DNA of 64,000 bases, taken from positions 384,001 to 448,000 of the forward strand of contig CAVONQ010000018.1 of the NCBI GenBank assembly GCA_963697335.1, in the 5' to 3' direction. Both the position numbers and the translations under genes were made by a program. Origin of the DNA: an uncultured cyanobacterium. GTDB lineage: Bacteria; Cyanobacteriota; Cyanobacteriia; PCC-6307; Cyanobiaceae. The first letter of the stretch is position 1. Each line of letters begins with the position of its first letter. Positions 21,943-28,626 of this stretch are shown one piece after another. Under the pieces are notes generated by a model. The model worked only from the letters and a program-made list of their open reading frames with translations. It had not been told where the DNA came from and did not search any database.

Positions 21943-22089
21943 GAGGGTGGGTGGCCAGGTCTCCCAACAGGGGCTGTGCCCCCCGATGTTCACAAGGGGG
22001 CGCGCACCTCTCGAGGGTTGCATGGCTGGGGTGATGAAGTCACCTCGCTTGGCGTGACGGGAGCCCTACCCCATGGCGGTCACGCAGGG

Positions 22090-22149
22090 GAACAGTAAGA
22101 CTACTCTTACCATTCTCCTGCCATTCTCTTACTGTTCACCTGTTACATT
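22090..22149 (+). promoter_or_regulatory. putative regulated promoter of precursor 2
   Basis: GTAAGA then TCTTACC/TCCTGCC/TCTTACT at 22105, 22116, 22127 and TACATT at 22144. Confidence 0.65.
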
Positions 22150-22300
22150 CCTATTAGTCCAGCCAAGAAGGCCGGACTGGTGGACAGGGCCGAAAGCCGC
22201 ACACAGATCACAGATCACAGAGCACTGATGGTCTTGTTGCCTACGGTTCTCTCCATCGCTCAATCAACCCTGGCACTTTGCCGAAACGGAGGAATACCGC

Positions 22301-22528
22301 ATGAACACACAAACCACAGCCGATGTTGCGTTGCTGGGCCTCGACCTGCTGCTCGGGCCCGATAGCCTCATCAGTGAGCTCAGTCCTGAGGATGAGGCCT
22401 CGATCTCGGGTGGCCGCCGTCGCCGCAGCCGCAGCGGCATCAGCCGTCCCAGCCGCAGCCGTCCCAGCCGCCGCAGCCGTCCCAGCCGTCCCAGCCGTAG
22501 CTTCCGGCGCAACCGCAGGCGCCGTTGA
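22301..22528 (+). CDS. putative RiPP precursor 2: 38-aa double-glycine leader + 37-aa Arg/Ser/Pro-rich core
   Basis: SD GGAGG; leader ends ELSPEDEASISGG (23/38 identical to precursor 1 leader); core RRRRSRSGISRPSRSRPSRRSRPSRPSRSFRRNRRRR. Confidence 0.88.
   Translation: MNTQTTADVALLGLDLLLGPDSLISELSPEDEASISGGRRRRSRSGISRPSRSRPSRRSRPSRPSRSFRRNRRRR
22422..22500 (+). repeat. imperfect tandem repeats (AGCCGTCCC / AGCCGC) encoding SRP/SR
   Basis: agccgtccc occurs four times, interspersed with agccgc. Confidence 0.85.
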
Positions 22529-22573
22529 GCAAGTGACTGACCGGGGAACTTCTCCCCCTGTCGAGAGCTTCAG

Positions 22574-22609
22574 ACCCCGGGGCTGCTGGATGCCAGCCTC
22601 GGGGTTTTT
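22574..22609 (+). terminator. intrinsic terminator-like hairpin between precursor 2 and the modifying enzyme
   Basis: ACCCCGGGGCTG...CAGCCTCGGGGT stem (one G-U pair) followed by T-run. Confidence 0.75.
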
Positions 22610-22671
22610 CTATAGCCTTGATCAAGTCCCTTGGGGCTGGAGCTTGTTGTTGCCGTGGTGAGTCTGGGGTC

Positions 22672-25164
22672 ATGGTCGTTCGTTTGAATTCGGAGGGCAT
22701 CCACGAGTATTTGATGCATCAGGGTCTGTGCGATTCAACGGATGTCGTTGAAGACGTTCAACAGTTGATTGGCAAAAATATGAATCTGCTGGTTCAACTC
22801 ACAAAGCCTGATGCTCAACCTTCAAGAGCCCGTCACTTGCTGATCAAGCAGGGACCGATCGGGCGATCGGAGCTGCCCAAACAGGATTTTGAAGAGGAAT
22901 GGAGAATTCATCAGCTGCTGGCTGGCCACGAACAGCTGTTTCCCCTGCAGGCCTTGCTGCCAGAGGGGATCAAGTTTGACGTCGCCAATGCCATTCAGAT
23001 CTTTCGATATCTTGAATCGTATGGCGATCTTGGCGACTTCTATGACGATGCCAAGCGGTTTCCCACCAAGGTCCCTGTGGCCCTCGGCAGTGCCCTAGCC
23101 GCGCTGCATCAGGCAACGTTCAGCCGCCAAGACTATCTTCTCCAATTAGATCCAGAGAGTGCTGATGAGGGATGTGAAAAGCCTGACTTTCGCGATGAGC
23201 TTGAGAATCTCACTCCAGAGATCTTCCGGCAGATCTCGATTGATGGTTTGCAATTCTACAGATTGTACAACCGATCAGAAGAGCTCTCGAAGGCCATAGC
23301 TCAGCTGGAGCATGACTATGAACCATGCTGCTTGATCCACAATGACCTGAAGTTTAGAAATATCCTGCTTCATGATGATTGGTCCCGCTGGCAGCCCCCG
23401 TCGTCCCTTCCTGCTTCTGTCCATGAGTTGTGTCTGCCCGATGCTCAGGGCCTTGTGCGTCTGATTGATTGGGAGCAATGGGCATGGGGTGACCCGGCCT
23501 TTGATGTGGGCGCCCTTGTGGCTGAGTATCTGCGGCTGTGGTTAAAGAGTCTGGTGCTCAGCCGCGATGTTGACCTGGTGGTGGCGTTGCAGCTTGCTGC
23601 CGTGCCCCTGGACACGCTGCAGCCCTCCCTTGCGGCCTTCATGCAGGCCTATCTGGCCCAGTTCCCCGGCATCCTGGCGGCGTTTCCCGCCTTCCCAGCA
23701 CGGGTGCTGCGCTTCGCCGGCCTCGGTTTGATTGGGGCGATTCAGGACAGGCTGCACTATCGGGAGTCCTGTGGAAATCTGGAAATTGCGATGCTGCAAG
23801 TGGCCAGATCATTGCTCTGCAATCCGGAAGCCGCCATGGTCACGGTGTTCGGCTGCAGGGATGTTCAACCTGATGGCTTTCAACCTTCTGGCCTTGAACC
23901 TGACCTTGCACCTGGCCTTGAACGTGACGTTGGAGACAGCGGCAGCCCTTCTCCCGCCCAATCCCCACGCGACAAGTGTGAACTGCAGGGCCAGGTGCCT
24001 CTGCCCCTTTGGGTGCAGCGTGGCCCTAGTGAGGAGGCTCTCGCTGACCTGATCACCAATGTTCGAATTGAGCCTCCACTGATTTTTCATCCGGCCTACC
24101 AGGTCCTTGATCTGGTCCATCCAGGGGAACCTCAGAGCACGGGGATGGATCAACGCCAGCAATGCTTGAGCAAGTTGCCTGACGACCTTCGCCAGGCCTA
24201 TCTGGTGCGTCAGGTGAGAAACTATCTGCATGATATCTACTTCAGTGGCGAGCGGGAAAGGAAGGGGCCTGGGATTGCGGCGACCAAGGAGTTCAAGAAC
24301 GATTCTGTTTCTGGACTCAACGTGGATTACTTTCATCGGATCGAGCTGGCCAATGGCGGCACAGGCTTTCCTGACCCCGACTGGATGATCCTTCGCTGGG
24401 ATGGCGATCGTGCTCAGGTGGAAAAAGATGGTCTGCGACTCTGGGTTAATCCCTGCGTTGACCTTGTGAAGGATGAGGCCTTGAAGCTGAGCTCCATCCG
24501 GCGTGAGGGTCCACCATCAGTAACTGTGGGTGCAGCAGTGGGTGCAGCAATGGCTGTGGGAACAACGGTGGTGTTACGGTTGCCCAATGCAGTTTTGACT
24601 GAAGAGAGCTACAGCGCGATCGGCAATGGAGGAGAGCCTGCTCCTGATCAGCCTTGCATCATCATCTACTTCAATATCAGTGCTGAAGGTGCTCTTCTGC
24701 TGATGGATGTTCTGACCAAGGCCCTGAATCTGCAGGGATGCCCCTTCGCTTTGACCATCCTGACTGATCCTGCCTGCTATGGCCGATTCAACAGTGTCAC
24801 CTTGATGATCGAGGCTACTCACTATCAGGACGTACGCACCATTCTCTGTGAGCTTCAGGCCAGGCTTCAGCCCCATCTGAGCCATCCGATTCCCCTGTTC
24901 ACCTGGCCTCTGGCCCCGGGCATCGGTCTGGCCGAATGCCCGCAGGACGAGGATGACTTTGGTCTGTCTCGATGCCAGATCCTGGCCGAAGCCCTGATCC
25001 TGGCTGATGCCAGTCCCGAGTCCCGGCGGCAAGCCATGCGAGCAAAGTTTTCCGAGCGCAAGCTGAACTGGCAACATCCCCACCTCAATCCTGAATCAGA
25101 CTCCCACTACCCACCCCTGCCGCCACGGGACCGTAGCCAGGCGGCGAATGTCCATCTCAACTAG
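22672..25164 (+). CDS. fused APH/choline-kinase-family phosphotransferase + HopA1-like domain (class V lanthipeptide LanK/LanY-like)
   Basis: N-half: KNMNLLV, LLIKQ, HNDLKFRNILL, IDWE, GDPAFDVG; C-half: YFNI..EGA, PLFT.PLAPGIGLAE.P...FGLSRCQILAEAL resembling HopA1-family proteins; likely ATG 22672. Confidence 0.8.
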   Translation: MVVRLNSEGIHEYLMHQGLCDSTDVVEDVQQLIGKNMNLLVQLTKPDAQPSRARHLLIKQGPIGRSELPKQDFEEEWRIHQLLAGHEQLFPLQALLPEGIKFDVANAIQIFRYLESYGDLGDFYDDAKRFPTKVPVALGSALAALHQATFSRQDYLLQLDPESADEGCEKPDFRDELENLTPEIFRQISIDGLQFYRLYNRSEELSKAIAQLEHDYEPCCLIHNDLKFRNILLHDDWSRWQPPSSLPASVHELCLPDAQGLVRLIDWEQWAWGDPAFDVGALVAEYLRLWLKSLVLSRDVDLVVALQLAAVPLDTLQPSLAAFMQAYLAQFPGILAAFPAFPARVLRFAGLGLIGAIQDRLHYRESCGNLEIAMLQVARSLLCNPEAAMVTVFGCRDVQPDGFQPSGLEPDLAPGLERDVGDSGSPSPAQSPRDKCELQGQVPLPLWVQRGPSEEALADLITNVRIEPPLIFHPAYQVLDLVHPGEPQSTGMDQRQQCLSKLPDDLRQAYLVRQVRNYLHDIYFSGERERKGPGIAATKEFKNDSVSGLNVDYFHRIELANGGTGFPDPDWMILRWDGDRAQVEKDGLRLWVNPCVDLVKDEALKLSSIRREGPPSVTVGAAVGAAMAVGTTVVLRLPNAVLTEESYSAIGNGGEPAPDQPCIIIYFNISAEGALLLMDVLTKALNLQGCPFALTILTDPACYGRFNSVTLMIEATHYQDVRTILCELQARLQPHLSHPIPLFTWPLAPGIGLAECPQDEDDFGLSRCQILAEALILADASPESRRQAMRAKFSERKLNWQHPHLNPESDSHYPPLPPRDRSQAANVHLN

Positions 25165-25181
25165 CCAGCAATCAGGATGCG

Positions 25182-25886
25182 ATGAGAATTCTAGTGGTTG
25201 AAGATGATGCTGGGATTTCCAGATTCATCCAGCAAGGACTGAGCGAGGCTGGCTACGCTATCGACGTGGCTTCTGATGGTCCCGAAGGATTGCGATTTGC
25301 CGAGGCCGCTGACTACGATGCCGTAGTGCTCGACGTGTTGCTGCCTGGTCAGGATGGCTTGAGCGTCCTGAAGAGCCTGCGCCAGCAGGGCCTTCAGACC
25401 CCGGTGCTGCTGTTGACGGCCCTGGATACCGTCGAAGACCGAGTGCTGGGTTTGGATGCAGGGGCTGATGACTACCTGATCAAACCATTTGACTTCACAG
25501 AACTACTGGCTCGCCTGCGCGCATTGCTCCGGCGCCCGCCCTTGCATGCCGATGTCGTGCTCAGAGTGGGTCGTCTGCAGATGGACACAGTCCACAGGAT
25601 TGTCAAGCGGGATGACCATCCGATTGAGCTCAGCCCACGGGAGTATTCCCTGCTGGAATATCTGATGCGCAATGCGGATCACGTTCTCAGCCGCACCCAG
25701 ATCGCCCAGCATGTCTGGAGTTTTGACTTTTATGGAGACTTCAAGGTGATTGATGTCTATATTGGCTATCTGCGTCGAAAAATCGATCAGCAGGGATCGC
25801 CGTCGTTGATCAGAACCGTGCGTGGTGTGGGTTATTCGATGAACGCTCATGTGGAGGCTTCCCCTGCTGAAGGAGTCGGCCCCTGA
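25182..25886 (+). CDS. OmpR/PhoB-family response regulator
   Basis: MRILVVEDD, LDVLLPG (phospho-Asp), GADDYLIKPF, winged helix LSPREYSLLEYL...IRTVRGVGY. Confidence 0.95.
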   Translation: MRILVVEDDAGISRFIQQGLSEAGYAIDVASDGPEGLRFAEAADYDAVVLDVLLPGQDGLSVLKSLRQQGLQTPVLLLTALDTVEDRVLGLDAGADDYLIKPFDFTELLARLRALLRRPPLHADVVLRVGRLQMDTVHRIVKRDDHPIELSPREYSLLEYLMRNADHVLSRTQIAQHVWSFDFYGDFKVIDVYIGYLRRKIDQQGSPSLIRTVRGVGYSMNAHVEASPAEGVGP

Positions 25887-25911
25887 TCCCATTACCTTCC
25901 ATGTTTAGATC

Positions 25912-27375
25912 ATGGTGATGCAGCGAAAGTCCTGGCAAAGTCTGCGCTTGAGGCTGGTGGCCTGGTACAGCTTGTTGGCCGGCGTTTCGATGCTTGTTTC
26001 CGATGGCTATACCTATCTGGAGTTTCGACAGACCCTGCTGGCCCAGATTGACCGTTCTCTGGAGGTCAGCGCAATTCAGGCCCGCAAGAATCTTGACGAT
26101 GAAGTTGATGCGCTGGTGTTTGACCCCCGCCGGGACGCGCCGCTGCTGGCCTCCCTGCTTAATGATGCGGGCGTAGAAATCTATTTGATCAGTTTGGATG
26201 GTTCGATCAAGGAGCAGTTCGGAGACTCGCTCTCATCCCTCAGCACATCCAACCTCGAACCTGGATACCATACCGTCGCCAGGTCCAGTGGGCGTTGGCG
26301 AACCTATACCAAGGAACTTCTTGCCAGTGGGGGTGATCCCTCGGGATGGCTGAAGGTGGCTCAGTCGCTCAAGCCCATGGATGCCACCTTGGCCAGGGTG
26401 TTTCAGCGCAATCTTCTCAAGCTACCCATTCTGCTTGGCATGATTGCCCTTGGCGGACTGTTTCTGGCCAACCGTGCCCTGCAACCCATCGCCCGAATCA
26501 CAAGAACGATTCAGCATATTCGGGTGAGTGGAGATCTCGCCCAGCGCATTCACTACAAGAGCAGTGCTGCTGATGAACTGGCGCGCCTGGCTACTCTCAT
26601 TGATGGGATGCTGGATTCCATTCAGTCCACCTTTGACCACGAAAGACGATTCACTGCCGATGCATCCCATGAGCTTCGCACCCCGCTGACAGCCATGAAG
26701 GGTCGTCTGCAGGTGACCCTGAGCCAACTCCGCACGGTCGACACTTACGAAGAGACCCTCAGGGCGATCGGGCTGGAAGTGGATCGTTTGATTCGTCTCA
26801 GCAATGATCTGCTGCTGCTCTCCCGTCTGGAGCAGAACCACATCAATCCTCCCATGGAAAAGGTGGATCTTGGCCATTTACTCGCCGAGTCGGCTGCCCA
26901 GATTCAGCCGCTGGCTGAACTTCGCCATCTCCATCTGACGACGACCCTTGAGCCCGATCTTTTTATCCAGGGATACCCAGACCATCTGATTCGTTTGTTT
27001 CTGAACCTGCTCGATAATGCCGTCAAAAATACTCCCGATGAGGGCTCTGTGGGTGTGCAGGCCCTGACCTTCTCAAGCATGGTGCAGGTCACCCTTCGTG
27101 ACAGCGGCGTCGGCATCCCCTCTGAGCACCTGCCCCATCTGTTTGAACGCTTTTATCGCGTCGAGAAATCCCGTTCACGCGCCTTGGGTGGCACAGGTCT
27201 GGGCCTGGCCATTGCCCAGGAAATCGTCCATCGCCACCACGGCACGATCTCCGTGGCGAGTCAGCCTGGCCTGGGGACGACCTTCACGATCAGATTTCCA
27301 TGTCATCGCGATGCCGCAGCCGATTCCCATGCCCCTCAGCCCAGGCACCGACTGGGATCAGCAGAGTCCAGCTAG
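25912..27375 (+). CDS. membrane sensor histidine kinase (2 TM, HAMP, HisKA, HATPase)
   Basis: FTADASHELRTPL, NLLDNAVK, DSGVGIP, FERFYR, GTGLGLAI. Confidence 0.95.
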   Translation: MVMQRKSWQSLRLRLVAWYSLLAGVSMLVSDGYTYLEFRQTLLAQIDRSLEVSAIQARKNLDDEVDALVFDPRRDAPLLASLLNDAGVEIYLISLDGSIKEQFGDSLSSLSTSNLEPGYHTVARSSGRWRTYTKELLASGGDPSGWLKVAQSLKPMDATLARVFQRNLLKLPILLGMIALGGLFLANRALQPIARITRTIQHIRVSGDLAQRIHYKSSAADELARLATLIDGMLDSIQSTFDHERRFTADASHELRTPLTAMKGRLQVTLSQLRTVDTYEETLRAIGLEVDRLIRLSNDLLLLSRLEQNHINPPMEKVDLGHLLAESAAQIQPLAELRHLHLTTTLEPDLFIQGYPDHLIRLFLNLLDNAVKNTPDEGSVGVQALTFSSMVQVTLRDSGVGIPSEHLPHLFERFYRVEKSRSRALGGTGLGLAIAQEIVHRHHGTISVASQPGLGTTFTIRFPCHRDAAADSHAPQPRHRLGSAESS

Positions 27376-28250
27376 CCGCTCCTCCCATGGGCCTGTTCAT
27401 TGCTGCCCTGGCACCGGGGAGGGCCTTGGCGCTGTTGAACGAGCAGCACAGCCAGCAGCCCCAGCCAGCCGATCGCACCCCCCAGTGGGTTGGTGCCTGA
27501 GCCCACACCGCCGGGCCCGGCCCACCAGCCGGGCGCCTCGGCCGACACCGCCAGCAGCCCGCTCTGCACCAGGAACCAGCCGCCCACGAGGCCACCGTGC
27601 AGCGCCGCCGGCCCCCACAGCAGGCCGTTCCCCCCTTGCCTCTCCCGGGCCAGCACCACCCCCAGCAGGATCAGGCCCCCCAGCAGGCTGAATGCCAGGA
27701 GCCCATTCTCCTGATACCAGGGGTGCACCAAGCCAAACACCAGGGCCTGCAGCAGCAGCGCCAGGGGATCCTTCAGCCCCAGCCGCAGTTCACCCCAGAG
27801 CCAGCCGCGAAATAGCAGCTCCTCCGCCAGGCCCACGCCGCAGGCCAGCAGCAGGGCATTCACGAGCAGGCCCCCATCCAACCTGCCCAGCCAGCGGGCC
27901 TGCCCGCTGAGCAGCAGCGCCACGCTCACCAGTGCCAGCAAGGCCAGGGCTTTGGCCAACCCCCTGGCGGCGCTGGCCAGGGCTCGGCGGGGGCTGCAGA
28001 TGAGGCCAAGGGTCCTCCAGGGTCGCGACACCCCCCAGGCGGTGCGCAGACGCCACGGCAGCGTGGCCAGCAGAAGGGCAAAGGAGAGCGACACGCCGGC
28101 CAGGTCCACCTGGTCAGGCCGCCAGCCAGGTGCCAGCCAGCCCAGGGGCCGGGAGAGCAGGAAGCCCACGCCATAGAGCACGGGCACATAGAGCACCGTG
28201 CCCCACCAGCGGGGCATGGGTGCAGGCCCAGCCGGGCCTGGCGCCGCCAT
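27372..28250 (-). CDS. CPBP (CAAX/Abi) family intramembrane protease
   Basis: EELLFRG, FGLVH, LHGG motifs; multiple TM segments. Confidence 0.88.
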   Translation of the reverse strand: MAAPGPAGPAPMPRWWGTVLYVPVLYGVGFLLSRPLGWLAPGWRPDQVDLAGVSLSFALLLATLPWRLRTAWGVSRPWRTLGLICSPRRALASAARGLAKALALLALVSVALLLSGQARWLGRLDGGLLVNALLLACGVGLAEELLFRGWLWGELRLGLKDPLALLLQALVFGLVHPWYQENGLLAFSLLGGLILLGVVLARERQGGNGLLWGPAALHGGLVGGWFLVQSGLLAVSAEAPGWWAGPGGVGSGTNPLGGAIGWLGLLAVLLVQQRQGPPRCQGSNEQAHGRSG

Positions 28251-28573
28251 CAGGTTTCCGGTTCGAGGCTGCTGGTGAGCCCCTTGCCCTTGAGGGTTTC
28301 GCAGTAGAACTCCGCCGGTTCCAGATCGCAGACGATCACCAGGCCCACGCCGGTGTTGTGGGCCTCCAGCATCACCGCGATCGCGTCCTGCTCACTGAGC
28401 GAGGGCACCACCTGGCGCAGGGTGGTGACCACATAGTCCATCGCGTTGACGGGGTCGTTGTGGAGAAGGACTTTGTAGCGGGGTGATGGCTTGCGCACCC
28501 GCTGCGGGGCCTTCTCCATCACCGCAGCGCCGCCGCCCTCGCGGCCCGGGGCCGCCGTGGCTGTGGTTCGCAT
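28250..28573 (-). CDS. clpS: ATP-dependent Clp protease adaptor ClpS
   Basis: PRYKVLLHNDPVN, AVMLEAHNTG, AEFYCETL; start uncertain. Confidence 0.93.
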   Translation of the reverse strand: MRTTATAAPGREGGGAAVMEKAPQRVRKPSPRYKVLLHNDPVNAMDYVVTTLRQVVPSLSEQDAIAVMLEAHNTGVGLVIVCDLEPAEFYCETLKGKGLTSSLEPET

Positions 28574-28626
28574 GGCTGCCTCCTCGGTCACGACTGCTTT
28601 CACGACTGCCCTATTTAAGGATGGGA

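Noticed and set aside
21577..22023. Minus-strand Ala-rich ORF (AAAAQTAAATAQTAAA), superficially antifreeze-like, and other frames over the repeats
   Set aside because: Shadow of the CGCAGC repeats. The plus-strand frame has an SD, an ATG and a leader conserved in a paralogue.
21835..22500. Repeats as a CRISPR array
   Set aside because: Units are 6-12 nt, in-frame coding and have no unique spacers; no cas genes in the window.
18040..27360. Short GACTGGG match near both ends of the accessory block as a target-site duplication
   Set aside because: Only 7 bp in high-GC DNA; expected by chance.
18099..27375. Calling the cluster a conventional lanthipeptide or class V (lanthidin) cluster
   Set aside because: Cores lack Cys and no cyclase or dedicated flavin decarboxylase is present. 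The only HFCD-type gene in the window is housekeeping coaBC.
27372..28250. CAAX/Abi protease as the cluster's immunity gene
   Set aside because: Opposite strand, coupled to clpS-dapL, host-like GC; most likely a core gene. An immunity role is not excluded but unsupported.
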